Notes: generated by a model from the sequence alone, not told the origin. Counted from the stretch's first letter, positions 7,106-18,000 are shown. The stretch is DNA of 19,680 nucleotides from Gemmatimonadota bacterium (GCA_039588295.1 JBDHAB010000049.1:1-19680); one strand, 5' to 3'. Program-made: numbers and translations.

Positions 7106-8509
7106 CTACGGCCTTCGAAACAGCTGGAGGAATCGGCTTGGGCGGTCGTTCCACCGGTCCAGCTGGCGGACGAACTCGAAGCCCGCAGCGGTCAGCTGCT
7201 CGATCACCAACTCCGGCGCGATGTTGTGGGAGCGCTCCTCGGAGTCGTCGATGATCACGAGGAGCCCGCCGGGCTTCAGCGCCGCGAACATGGTGGCGTT
7301 CATCGGCTCCTTGTGCCGGAACTCGTGGTACGTGTACCGGACCAGCATCCGATCGCAGCATTCGGGCGGCAGCTTCGCGGCGGTCTCACTCCCGAGGACC
7401 AGTGCGACGTTGTCAACCTCGAACTCGTCGGCGGTCTGACGAATCTGCTCCAGCAGACGCTCCCCGATCTCGTTCGCGAACACTCGGCCGTTCGATCCGA
7501 CGTGCCGCGCCATCCCCGCCGCCCACCATCCGGTGCCCGCCCCGATGTCGGCGGCCGTCATGCCGGGCTGGAGGTCCATCACGTCGATCAACCGCGTCAT
7601 CCAAGGCCACGGATCCTCCCGCAACGCCTCGGGAAGCTTGAGGTACGGGAGTACGTCCACATCATGTTCAATCGAGTCCAGCGTGATGGTCTGCTTGGCG
7701 CCGGGGAAGCTCGTGTAGGTCCACTCGACCCGCGCCGGGCGCAACACGCCCCCGAAATCGCGGTAGTCGTGTTGGGCTTCCCGCATGGTCCCGCCTCGCG
7801 CGCCGGTCAGGTGACTGCCGTCGGGCATCACGGCGCCCCAGTCGGACGGCGTCTCCCACCCCGCCATGAGGCCGGTCTCGACATCGAAGTACTCGATGCG
7901 CTCGCGAGCCACCCACGCACGCATCAGCGTGCCGGACCCGGTCGCGCCGGCGGACTTCGTCATCAGTTCGAGCTTGTAGCACGGCCGGCCCTCGAACTCG
8001 ACGACCCCGAGATTCTTCATTGACTCGAACTCCTCGGTGGCATGGAGCTCGGGGGCGTAGGCCGACACCAGAGCGGTCTCGCTGAGCCGGGCGCCCATCA
8101 TCACATGGGGGCCCCGGTCGGTCTCGTAGGCGACCCACCCGACCTCACCGTCGAATCCGAACTCGCGGCGGAGCTCCCCGCTTTCCCACCTGACACTGGT
8201 GAAACTGCGGTTCGGCGCCGCGGCGTAGATCGTCCAGTGCGTGGTCGCCCAGGGGCCGGCGAACGTGAGCTTCGCGACGCGCGAGGTGTGAGCGAGAATC
8301 GCGTCCCGCCCGCCGATCGCCTCCACGAACCGATCGATGACGGCCTGGGCCGACGGCAGCTGCTGCTGGGCAGCCTCGGTAGCCGGAACCTGGCTCTGGA
8401 GGCTCGCGGCCGTGAGCAGACCGATGCCGACGCTCAGCAGGAGCCGACCGATGGCCGGCGCAGCCGCTGTTCGGACAGGGCGGACAGAAGCGTTGGCTGT
8501 TTTCGTCAT
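7106..8509 (-). CDS. Exported fusion protein: LolA-like / outer-membrane-lipoprotein-sorting-like domain + C-terminal class I SAM-dependent methyltransferase
   Basis: AGGAGG RBS; signal peptide ending SLQS/Q. The N-domain shows the pattern VIDRFVEAIGG...GFDGEVGW...LGVVEFEGRPCYKLEL...YFDVETGL...DYRDFGGVLRP. The C-domain has LQPGMTAADIGAGTG, GRVFANEI, LP...D...TYHE and ALKPGGLLVIID. Confidence 0.8.
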   Translation of the reverse strand: MTKTANASVRPVRTAAAPAIGRLLLSVGIGLLTAASLQSQVPATEAAQQQLPSAQAVIDRFVEAIGGRDAILAHTSRVAKLTFAGPWATTHWTIYAAAPNRSFTSVRWESGELRREFGFDGEVGWVAYETDRGPHVMMGARLSETALVSAYAPELHATEEFESMKNLGVVEFEGRPCYKLELMTKSAGATGSGTLMRAWVARERIEYFDVETGLMAGWETPSDWGAVMPDGSHLTGARGGTMREAQHDYRDFGGVLRPARVEWTYTSFPGAKQTITLDSIEHDVDVLPYLKLPEALREDPWPWMTRLIDVMDLQPGMTAADIGAGTGWWAAGMARHVGSNGRVFANEIGERLLEQIRQTADEFEVDNVALVLGSETAAKLPPECCDRMLVRYTYHEFRHKEPMNATMFAALKPGGLLVIIDDSEERSHNIAPELVIEQLTAAGFEFVRQLDRWNDRPSRFLQLFRRP

Positions 8510-8542
8510 AGGAACCTCCTCTGTCTGTGTTCCACTCCACAG

Positions 8543-10372
8543 CTACTTCGGCCGCGGCACGAAGTTCTCGAGCACCCACATGTCCTCGGTCGCAGCGATC
8601 TCGTACACCTCGCGCTGATACCTACCGGTGATGGCAACCTGACGGCCGCTGGGATGCATGCTCATGCTGGATACGGCGAACCCGACCAAGGGCAACCCGA
8701 CGGTCTGTGCTTCTCCTCCCTCCGGAGGGACGCGCCACAGCGCCGTCGTCGCCCCGCCCTCGGCAACCGTGGTGATCGTGTAGAGGACGAACCGAGAATC
8801 CGACGTCCATACCACAGTGGGCCTGGACGAGTAGGACAGGCTGTCCCGGCCTTGGACAGAGAGTCGGGCCAGTTCGCGCGGTTCACCACCGCTGATCGGG
8901 ACGACTCTCAACGCCCACTGCCCTCGTTCCTCCCACCATGACGGCACGTCCGACCAGAGAAACGCCAACCACTGATCATCGGGTGAGACGGCCAATCGCG
9001 AGAGATGCGCGGGTGCCGGCACACGGCACAGCTCGTGGTCCACGTTGGCCTGGAGATCGCGCACGACCAACCGTTGAGAGTCATCGCTGTCATCCGACAC
9101 CACGAACACCACTCGCCCATCGTGCAGCCAGGCCGGCCAGCTCACACCAGGCTCTTGCACCACGGGCACGGCCCGACCGGTCTGCGCATCGATCCGATAA
9201 AAGCCCCACTGATCCTTGTGATCGCGGGCCTGGGCCAGCAGCCAACGGCCGTCCGGCGACCAGCGCAGCGCGAACCGCTGATTCCTCCTGAGCATCAGGG
9301 GCAGTCGATGCTCCTCGCCACTGTCCACAGCGCGGATCCCAAGCGTGGAGGTAAACGGGTAGGAGTGCCATGCGTACGCCAAGTAACGTCCGTCCGGTGA
9401 CCAGTCTACCGCCCCGCCAATGCTGCCTGTCGTCAATTGCGGAGTCTGAAGCTCACCCGTTGTCGGGTCGAAGTCTGCGAGGTAGAGCCCACCACTCCGC
9501 TGGTCCGTTCGTGGGCCGCAGCAGTAGTAATAGGAATCGTCCCGGTCGAACCCCAATCCGCGCGTCACCCGGAGCTCCGGCGTCACCAACGTGGGTGCTT
9601 TGGCTGCCACCCCATCGGCCACTTCCACCAACCAGGCGCGTCGACCGGACCCGGGCTCCATGCCCCGGTCGCTGTCGAACAAGAGCCGCGTGCCGTCGGG
9701 CGTCCAGTCCAGGACGCGATCCATCGCCGGACCTTCCACGACGGTGATCTCTTTCCTTTCAGCGACAACGAGCAAGAAGATGTCCCGGCGTGGCGAGTCA
9801 TCCTCCCGCAAAGCGTCATAGGCGATGTAGCGCCCGTCGGGCGAGAAGCGCATTTCCATTGGAGAGCGCCCATCGAGCGCCTTCAGCTCGGTGAGCGAGC
9901 CATCAGAGGCCGAGATGAGCGCGGCCGATCCAGCGACGCTCGCCAGGATGTGGGTTCCATCTGGGGACCAGTCGTGGGGCTCAACCCAACGGCGATAGAT
10001 GGTACGGACTCCAGAGCCATCCGCATTGACCACACGCAGCTCGCTCGATCCGTCCGCGTTGCGCCACACATAGGCAACTCGCTTCCCGTCCGGCGCAAAC
10101 CTCGGCGCATACGGGTACTCCTGCTCCGACTCCGGGGTCACGATGTAGCGGTCTTCCCCGGAGCGGAGATCTTTGATACCGAGCTGACCGCTCTGCCAGT
10201 TCGTGAACGCGTAGTAATGCCCATCACGCGAGACCGAACCAGTGAGGTCTCGAAGACCAGCGACCCTGCGATGCTGCGGACCGTGCTGCGGAGGCTCCTG
10301 CGATCGTGCCGAAGGAACCGTCGCAAGAGCGAATAGCGCGGTTGCGAGGAGGCGTGGATGACGTTGCGGCAT
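8543..10372 (-). CDS. Exported TolB-like / PD40-repeat beta-propeller protein with no recognisable catalytic domain
   Basis: Signal peptide ending SARS/Q. Repeated FAPDG/WSPDG/FSPDG/WTPDG blade motifs throughout. ATG 10372 is preferred over TTG 10375 given the GGGGGT RBS spacing. Confidence 0.85.
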   Translation of the reverse strand: MPQRHPRLLATALFALATVPSARSQEPPQHGPQHRRVAGLRDLTGSVSRDGHYYAFTNWQSGQLGIKDLRSGEDRYIVTPESEQEYPYAPRFAPDGKRVAYVWRNADGSSELRVVNADGSGVRTIYRRWVEPHDWSPDGTHILASVAGSAALISASDGSLTELKALDGRSPMEMRFSPDGRYIAYDALREDDSPRRDIFLLVVAERKEITVVEGPAMDRVLDWTPDGTRLLFDSDRGMEPGSGRRAWLVEVADGVAAKAPTLVTPELRVTRGLGFDRDDSYYYCCGPRTDQRSGGLYLADFDPTTGELQTPQLTTGSIGGAVDWSPDGRYLAYAWHSYPFTSTLGIRAVDSGEEHRLPLMLRRNQRFALRWSPDGRWLLAQARDHKDQWGFYRIDAQTGRAVPVVQEPGVSWPAWLHDGRVVFVVSDDSDDSQRLVVRDLQANVDHELCRVPAPAHLSRLAVSPDDQWLAFLWSDVPSWWEERGQWALRVVPISGGEPRELARLSVQGRDSLSYSSRPTVVWTSDSRFVLYTITTVAEGGATTALWRVPPEGGEAQTVGLPLVGFAVSSMSMHPSGRQVAITGRYQREVYEIAATEDMWVLENFVPRPK

Positions 10373-10387
10373 CAAACCCCCGTCCTG

Positions 10388-12700
10388 CTACGGCCGCAGG
10401 TGCTCCTGGAAGTAGCGCCCGATAGCATCCCACACGTACCGTATGGTTGCCGGCCTCATGTACATCCCATGCACCTCATCGGGGAACAGGAGCAGGTCAA
10501 ACGGCTTGCCGGCCTGAATGAAGGTGTCGAGGACCTTCATGAATCTGGAGAAATAGACCCTTTCGTCCCTCGTGGGCTTGATGAGGAGCAGTTTGCCGCT
10601 GAGGCTGTCGGCCCATCGAGCCAGTGACATCATCTCATATGCCTCTGGATTGTCCGCCGGCAGCCCTACCACCGACTCCACGTTTCGCTGAAGACTGTAG
10701 GGATCGATTGGTGCACCGACGGCCACGCCTACGTGATAGACCTTCGGCTCGAGCAACATGGCCATCACGGCTGTGGAGCCAGCGAGGCCGAAGTTCCCCA
10801 CGCGACCCAAGTCCATGTACGGCCGTTCTGCAGCGAGTTGCTGTAGCATCGCTACGTGGTCCGGAAACGGGTATTGTGACGCGTAGCAGTCCCCCAGGCA
10901 GAACAACTCGCCGTTGCGACACTCGGTCAGGAACGTGCGCCGAAACGCTTCTCCACGTCCGCTGGTACCACGGGCATCCACCATGACGGTGACAAATCCG
11001 AGTTGGGCCAGCCCACGGGCCCACCATCCGATGAAGGCGGGAGTGTAGGTCCACGACACTACCTCATAGCGGTAGGTGACGTCGATCACGGGGTACCGTA
11101 TGCCCGGGTCGAAGTCGTGGGGCTTGAACAGGACGCCGTGCAGGTCGGTTACTCCGTCTGCTGCCTTGACTGTAAACGCCTCCGCCTCGGTCCACTTCAG
11201 CTGTTTCTCGAGCGCATCGACGTTTGCTCGGGAAAGCGTTCGCACCAAGGAACCGTCTGCCCTCCGTAGCTCGACTACCGGCGGCGCGGTGACGGTCGAG
11301 TAGGTATCGAGGAAGAACTCCTTAGATGGCGAGAACCGGATCATCTGACGAGGATCCCTCCAGAGCAGGTTGTAGTCGTGATTGCCCTGTGCCTCGGTCA
11401 GACGCTCCAGACCATGACCGTCGAGATGGACGCGGTACAAGTGCCGGTCGTATGGCCGTTCCGGGAAGCCGCGGGCCGTGAAGTAGACCCAACCGGTCTC
11501 CTCGTCCACGGTGACCAGCCGGTTCACCTCGAAGGCCGCGTGTGTGAGTTGCCGAACGAGGTTGCCATCCCAATCGTAGTAGGCCAGGTGAATCCAGTTG
11601 TCTGCTTCCCCGGTGAACACGAAGCCATCCGCGAGCGCTGCGAAGTTGCCCGCCGAACCGAACCAGTCTTGAGACCTGCAGTGATTCGTCTCGGACTGCT
11701 CGGTGACGAGCGTGCGGCTCGACCCGCTACTTGGGTTCACGGCTACGAGGCCGGATGTGTTTGCGAGGCGGTTCTCACTCCAGAGGAGCAGCTCCGACCC
11801 GTCGGGACGCCAACCGACGAGGCCAAGTAGCCCGTCCCAATCCTCGTCCAGCGTGACTCGCACGACCTCTCGTGAGCGCACGTCTATGATGAATGGCTCA
11901 TACCGCGGGATCGCTCCGCCCGACCTCGGGGACGGTACCCATTCCACCTCAGGGGTCGGCGTAAGCCACGTGACCAGCGGTTCCTTTGGGATGCCGCGAA
12001 TATCGTTCTTGCCAACGGCGAGCCTGGAGCCGTCGGGCGACCACTGAGCATCCTCCAGGCTCCACGTGCGATCCTCGATTCCATCCGCGGTCAGGCGGAT
12101 TTCCTGGCCGTCGGCACTGGAGCGCAGCCACACGTCGTGATCCTTGATCGTCGCGACCCAGCGGCCGTCCGGTGAGAGAAGTTCGCCCCGTCGTGGAGCC
12201 CAACGCTTTGGCACCTCCGTCGAATCCGGCCGGACCTCCTCGATCCCGTAGGTCCTCAATTGAAGGACGAATTCTCTGTCTTCTACAGCGGACTGCACAG
12301 CGGTCTCGTCTTCCGTGAACGCGAAGTCGCGGAACGGTATTCCCTGGTGTGGTGGCTCGTGGCCCAGCAGTAGTGCGAGTGCGGCCCGCAGGCGCAGGAC
12401 GTCAAACAACTCCCTCTGCGTGTCCGCGTTCGGGTCAACCACGTAGATGATCGTGGATTCCGGAGTACCCGCGACATACCAGAAGCTGCTTCCATCGGCC
12501 ATCCAATGGGGTTCGATCATCCCACCCCTGATGAACCTCCCCACGAATTGCTGGCCAGCCGGAAACCGGAGGTCAGTCGGCCCGAAGTACCGAGCGTAGA
12601 GGGCCCATCGCTCGGGATCGTCGGCGGTCTGCGCGTCTGCGGCTGTCACGAACACGCTCGATGCGGCGGCAAGCAAGAGGAACAGCTTGTGAATGCGCAT
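10388..12700 (-). CDS. S9 family DPP-IV-like protein, probably catalytically inactive
   Basis: Signal peptide MRIHKLFLLL...AADA/Q. DPP IV N-terminal propeller and alpha/beta-hydrolase motifs (AADGVTDLHGVLFKP.DFDP..RYPVID, DARGT.GRG.AF, YMDL.RVG). Asp (TRDERV) and His (DEVHG) are present, but GxSxGG is replaced by GLAGS. Confidence 0.88.
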   Translation of the reverse strand: MRIHKLFLLLAAASSVFVTAADAQTADDPERWALYARYFGPTDLRFPAGQQFVGRFIRGGMIEPHWMADGSSFWYVAGTPESTIIYVVDPNADTQRELFDVLRLRAALALLLGHEPPHQGIPFRDFAFTEDETAVQSAVEDREFVLQLRTYGIEEVRPDSTEVPKRWAPRRGELLSPDGRWVATIKDHDVWLRSSADGQEIRLTADGIEDRTWSLEDAQWSPDGSRLAVGKNDIRGIPKEPLVTWLTPTPEVEWVPSPRSGGAIPRYEPFIIDVRSREVVRVTLDEDWDGLLGLVGWRPDGSELLLWSENRLANTSGLVAVNPSSGSSRTLVTEQSETNHCRSQDWFGSAGNFAALADGFVFTGEADNWIHLAYYDWDGNLVRQLTHAAFEVNRLVTVDEETGWVYFTARGFPERPYDRHLYRVHLDGHGLERLTEAQGNHDYNLLWRDPRQMIRFSPSKEFFLDTYSTVTAPPVVELRRADGSLVRTLSRANVDALEKQLKWTEAEAFTVKAADGVTDLHGVLFKPHDFDPGIRYPVIDVTYRYEVVSWTYTPAFIGWWARGLAQLGFVTVMVDARGTSGRGEAFRRTFLTECRNGELFCLGDCYASQYPFPDHVAMLQQLAAERPYMDLGRVGNFGLAGSTAVMAMLLEPKVYHVGVAVGAPIDPYSLQRNVESVVGLPADNPEAYEMMSLARWADSLSGKLLLIKPTRDERVYFSRFMKVLDTFIQAGKPFDLLLFPDEVHGMYMRPATIRYVWDAIGRYFQEHLRP

Positions 12701-12770
12701 GGCTTCACACCCCATCTTCGAAACGAGTGTCCCTCCGTGCCGTTCGGTCTCTCATCATGCCCTCGCCCTG

Positions 12771-15059
12771 CTACGGCCTCAAATGCTCCCGCAAGTACCG
12801 TCGAATGGCATCTCGGGCATACTCGCCCCGGGGGCCGGGTGCTCGGAGGATCTGGTGATCGTGATTGGGCAACACCAGCAGGTCAAAAGGTTTTCCGGCC
12901 TGGATGAGGGCGTCGACCAGCTTCATGGTCTCGGAGATGGGCGCGTTCACATCAGCGGTACCGTGGACCAGTAGGAGCTTCCCGATCAGGTGCTCGGCGA
13001 GCCGCGCGTTCGAGGCGAACGCATAGCCCTCTTGGTTTGTCTCCGGTAAACCCATGTACTGTTCCATGACCGTGGCCTTGCCGTACAGGTCCGCTGCTGG
13101 GCACACCGCGACACCTACGTGATAGACCTCCGGGGCCGTGAGCAAAGCCCGTGTTGCGAAGTATCCGCCGAACGACTGACCGATGATGCCCACACGCTTC
13201 AAGTCCATGTAGGGACGATCTGCGCCCAGCTGCCCGAGGGCCGCGACGTGGTCCGGGATCTCATAGCGCCCAACCTTACCATAGGTCACATCCTGAAATG
13301 CCTTGCTGCGCTCGGGGGTACCACGTGCGTCCACTACGAAGACGATGAAGCCCAACTGTGCCCAGGCCGGTGGCAAGGGACTTTGATAGAACGCGTGGGA
13401 CACGTTGTTCCCAAAGGGACCACCATAGACGTACTCGAGCACCGGGTACCGCTCGGTCGGATCGAAGTCGTGGGGCTTGTACAGCACCCCGTAGAGATCG
13501 GTCTCCCCGTCGGCGGCCTTGACCACGAAGGCCTCGGGCGGCTTCCAGTCCAGTGCGTCTTCGAGAGCGCTGATGTCGGCTCGTGCCAGCGGCCGGACCA
13601 GCGTGCCGTCAGAACGCCTGAGTTCTGTGACCGGCGGACCGGCCACGCTGGAGTAGGTGTCTACAAAGAATTTGTTGGAGGGCGAGAACTGAACGGGCCA
13701 GTGGCGCCCGGTTGGCTCACTGATCACGGCCCAGCCTTCACCGTCCAGGTTTACCCGGCAGAGAGGCGCGTCGTACGGTTGCTCTCCCGCAAAGCAGAAA
13801 AAGTACAGCCACCCTGTCGACTCATCGACGGTGACCATGCCGCCCGCAACGAAGGGCCCCGTTGTGAGCTGGCGGACCAGCGTGCCGTCGGTGTGATAGA
13901 GGTAGTGGTGCTGCCAACCATCCCGCTCGGACGACCAGATGAAATGCCTCCCGTCTTCGAGCAGGACGAACGGCGGAGACCCGAGCCAGAGGGGGCCGCC
14001 AACAAAGGTCTCTGCCGTCTCGGTCAGAATGACACGCGTGTCGCCGGTCTCAGCGTTTGCAGCAAGGAGGTCGAGGTGTTTGTACTCGCGATCAACCCGT
14101 GCGATGAAGACCTCCGACGCGTCGTGCTGCCAGCCCAACACGGCCAAGTAATGATCCTCGGTGGCACGCAGACCGACGCCGATCAGACGCCTGGAGGGAA
14201 CGTCGAGGATCGAGAGCTGCTCGCGGGGGAGCGTCCCTCCGGTCTCGACGTTGTGGACGCTCTGCACCCACTCGATTTCCGCGGCGGGCTGCAGCCAATC
14301 GACGATCGGGATCTTGCGTACCCCGCGGAAGTCGCCCCGGCGAACCAGCAATTTACGACTGTCGGGTGACCACCAGACCCATGCCAGCTCTCGCTCGAAG
14401 GCGCGGTTGATGCCGCCGTACCCCCAGAAATGCTCTCCCGTGCCATCGCGCGTTATCTGCTCCAAGCCGCCGTCGGATGTGCTGCGGAGCCAGAGGTTGT
14501 AATCCGTCAGGTGGGCGAGCCACTGCCCGTCCGGTGAGGGGACCTCTTTGACGTCCGGTCTCCCGTGGGTGCCTTGCAGCAGCACTTGGGGGATGGGCAG
14601 CGTCTTGACCTCACCGGCCGAGGCGGGAGCCTCGGTGAGGGCGTACGTGTCCAGCCGCAGAATGAACTCCCGCCTCGCGAGTCTGAACCGGACTGCCGTC
14701 TCACTCTCGTCGGTGAAAGCAAATGTTGGGAACGGCACGCCCGTGCCGCGCGGCTTGCGGCCCAGTGGCACCCTGAGCGCGCTGCGGAGCCGCTCCACGT
14801 CGAACAGCTCCGTCTTCGTGTTGGCGACGGGATCCACCCTGTAGATGACGGTGCTGTCGGGGGTGCCGTGCGCGTACCAGAAGCTGTTGCCGTCAGTCAG
14901 CCAGTGAGGCTCGACCGAGCCACCCTCGACGTAGGACGTGTAGCGCAGGTAGCGGCGGTACATCTCGTCGCGCACAGACTCCGTCGTGTCTTGCGCGCGG
15001 ACCGGCAGCATGGACAGCGTGAGCGCGACGAGTGGTAGCAACAGGATGCGACGGATCAT
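12771..15059 (-). CDS. S9 family dipeptidyl-peptidase-IV-like serine peptidase, exported
   Basis: Signal peptide ending PVRA/Q; DPP IV propeller; VYGGP oxyanion motif; GQSFGG nucleophile (Ser codon 13173-13175); HGTADVN Asp; PNHDH His. Confidence 0.92.
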   Translation of the reverse strand: MIRRILLLPLVALTLSMLPVRAQDTTESVRDEMYRRYLRYTSYVEGGSVEPHWLTDGNSFWYAHGTPDSTVIYRVDPVANTKTELFDVERLRSALRVPLGRKPRGTGVPFPTFAFTDESETAVRFRLARREFILRLDTYALTEAPASAGEVKTLPIPQVLLQGTHGRPDVKEVPSPDGQWLAHLTDYNLWLRSTSDGGLEQITRDGTGEHFWGYGGINRAFERELAWVWWSPDSRKLLVRRGDFRGVRKIPIVDWLQPAAEIEWVQSVHNVETGGTLPREQLSILDVPSRRLIGVGLRATEDHYLAVLGWQHDASEVFIARVDREYKHLDLLAANAETGDTRVILTETAETFVGGPLWLGSPPFVLLEDGRHFIWSSERDGWQHHYLYHTDGTLVRQLTTGPFVAGGMVTVDESTGWLYFFCFAGEQPYDAPLCRVNLDGEGWAVISEPTGRHWPVQFSPSNKFFVDTYSSVAGPPVTELRRSDGTLVRPLARADISALEDALDWKPPEAFVVKAADGETDLYGVLYKPHDFDPTERYPVLEYVYGGPFGNNVSHAFYQSPLPPAWAQLGFIVFVVDARGTPERSKAFQDVTYGKVGRYEIPDHVAALGQLGADRPYMDLKRVGIIGQSFGGYFATRALLTAPEVYHVGVAVCPAADLYGKATVMEQYMGLPETNQEGYAFASNARLAEHLIGKLLLVHGTADVNAPISETMKLVDALIQAGKPFDLLVLPNHDHQILRAPGPRGEYARDAIRRYLREHLRP

Positions 15060-15074
15060 CGAACCACCCCGCGT

Positions 15075-18000
15075 CTAGTTCCGATTCGGTTTCAGCTCCT
15101 CCGGGTCAAACACCCATCCACCCTTGATCACGCGCCAGATGGCCTTCGAATTCTCGATATCCTCGAGTGGGTTCGCATCGAGCAAGACGATGTCGGCGAG
15201 TTTGCCGACCTCCATCGCACCCAGGTCGTCTCCGGCGCCGACGGCTTCCGCCGCCTCCTGCGTAGCGATGCGGAGTACTTCGAGCGGTGGGATACCCGCG
15301 TCGACGAACGAGCGCAGCTCCCGATGGAGCGAGGCACCGGGTACCGGTCCATACGGAGCGTCGGTGCCTGCATAGAGGCGGACACCGCGGTGGTATGCGG
15401 CACCGATCATCGAGAGCTCGCTGGATCGCTGTTCGCGCCAGAGTTCCGCGTCGACTTGGTCAAAATGGCGTTGCTGATGCTCGAGCAACCCTTCTATGGC
15501 AAAGGCCTGAAGCTTTGGGTTCGCGATGCGTTCCGGTTCGATTAGCGCCACATCGGCAAGACTGAGCGTCAGCGTGGGACTCCAGGCAGTTCCGGCAGCC
15601 GCGAGCAGCTGGAGCACGTCGTCGTAGTACGAATCGAAGTGTTCCACAAACCGCGATCCCAGCGTCACGCTTCGCAGCAGCCAGTCATGCGCGTTCCCGT
15701 GTTCCATGACCGGCAACCCGACGCGCCGCGCTTCGTCGGCGAGCGCACGGTGGAGCGACCACGAGAGACACGGGTGGGTCTTGATGAAATGGACACCGCG
15801 CTTGCTCCAATGCCGCACATAGGTGCGGACGTCCGACTCGTCGGAAAGCACGAAGCTCGCAGCCGGCGGCACCGTCTCCCAGGGGAGTGGGCCAAGTTGC
15901 CCGCAGAACACGTTCCCCGAGAAGAAATACCGCGGCACGGGGTCGCTGGTGCTCTCGCTTCGATCCACCAAGGTCGTAGAAAAGGCAAGGCCATTTTCTG
16001 CCTCCCGGACGGACGTCACACCGTAGGCGAGCCATGCCTCCTGGAAGTCTGAACGCGACCACGCGCCAGCAGTCGCGTGAACATGCATGTCAAAGAGACC
16101 CGGTATGGCAAAGCGTCCACCGCCATCCAGAATGACCACGTCGGTTGGCAGTTCGTGCTCGCGCTCGGTGCCGATCCAGCGGATGCGTCCTCCCTCCACA
16201 AGCAGTGACGTCTCGGTTCCAAATCCGCCCGCCGCGAAATCGAGCACGCGTACGTCCCGAATCAGAATGGATGGGGGAGAGGGAGAGCGCAGACTGAGAC
16301 CAATTGGAATCTCCACTCGCTCGCCTCCCGAAATCGTCTGCCGCCATACTCTGTCCCCCGACGCATAGAGAAGCGCGGTGCCGTCCGGCGTAAAGCCGAA
16401 ATTGTCGCCGCCTACATCGCTCGCTCGGCGGATCCGTTCGTCGCCGGGCCCCGCTTCGCCATCCACTCGCGCGAGCCAAATCTCCATGTTGCGGCGGAAG
16501 GCCACCCACTGCCCGTCCGGTGACAACAGTGGATCATGGAGGTGCCGCTCCAACGCGATGAATTCCTGTGGTTTGGTCTCACCGTCGAGGTCCAGGCGGT
16601 ACAGCGACCTCGTCGCGCCTGGTTGCGCAGAGTAGTACAGCCATGCCCCGTCCGCCGAGAACTGCGGACGTGACGGCCAACCCGCCCCTGGGACGGCGAA
16701 CCGCTCCGTGGTGCCCTCGGCGACATTTGCGACGATCAACCGAAGGCCGGATGCCGAAGGCTCAGCGCCCACAAACACGACACGTCGCCCGTCGCGGCTC
16801 CAGGCAGGGTCCCAATACAGCAGACCCGTCGCCAGTGTCTGGATTTCTTGAGACTCGAGGTCAAGGACTCGCGCGTGCTGTTCCCACGCGCCGCTCGAAA
16901 TGAAGACCAGATGCTGCCCGTTGGGTGACAAAGCCGGCTGGCGTTCGTATCCGTGACCGTCGACCAGCCGCTGCGCGGGTCCTCCGGAGGTCGGCTGCTG
17001 CCAGAGGTGATCGGCGGCACCGAAGACCAGGGTTCCGCCGTCCGGTGAAAGCGTGGGACTCATGATCCCGCGTGGAGTCAGGAACTCGCCGGGCGCGGGA
17101 AACGCGACCGTACGGGGAGCGGTCGGCTCTCGCACCTCGATCGTTACATTCGCGCGAAAGGGGATCGGTTCACGGGCACCATCACGCACCACGTACTTCC
17201 AGAGCCGTCCAGCTTCCCCGAGGTACGCGGCGTCACCAGTGGGGGTGATCGCGAAGCTGGGAGTTACCTGCCACTGGCACGGGGGCATTGTGAGTGTGGC
17301 GATGCGCCGCTCCTCATTGCCCTCAAACTCGCGGAACTGGAGGAGGTCGGACGCCAAGACCCCATTGGCGTCTCTCGGGTTGCCGCGGCCATAGAATTCG
17401 GTTCCCGCAGCGTTCACCAGCACTCGCCCCATTGCTCCGCTGATGGTAGTGAGCGTCTCGACCGAGTCCCGTGTCATAGAGACGTCGATGCGGGTCGAAG
17501 GCCGGAGGGTGAACTGGACGACCGACCATGCGAGCCGGCCATCCGGCAAGTAGAAGACCGAGCTGATCAGGTTGTCACCACCCACGACATACTGCGGTTC
17601 GCTTCCATCCATGGCGACGCGGGCAACGCCCGCCCGCCCGGTCGGGCAGTGGTACGAACGGGTGCGCAAACGCAGATACGCGATCGCGGTGCCATCGGGT
17701 GACCAAGCGGGTCGCCCAGCCAAGCTGTCGTGCGTTACTTGACTGATTTCCCCGTCGGCCAAGTTGAGCACGTAGATGTTTCCGTCGCTCCCGTCGCGAT
17801 TTGAGCCGAATGCCACTCTTGTTCCGTCAGGAGAAATCGCCGGGTCCATGTCGTGATACGGGCCAAACGTGAGTTGCTCGGCCGTGCCGCCCTCAACAGG
17901 TAGACGATACAGGTGGCCGAGCAGGGTGAAGATCAGCCACTGACCGTCGGGCGAGATGGCCACATCCGGGGCAGTGACTTCGGTGGTCTCGAATTCGATC

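Noticed and set aside
7106..12779. CTACGGCC at the stops of three genes (7106, 10388, 12771) as a cassette recombination site
   Set aside because: It simply encodes Arg-Pro-stop. Two copies are explained by paralogy and the third is only an 8-9 bp match.
15030..15059. Tat signal in MIRRILLL
   Set aside because: It has RR but a very short n-region and no S/T-R-R-x-F-L-K consensus; it looks like an ordinary Sec signal.
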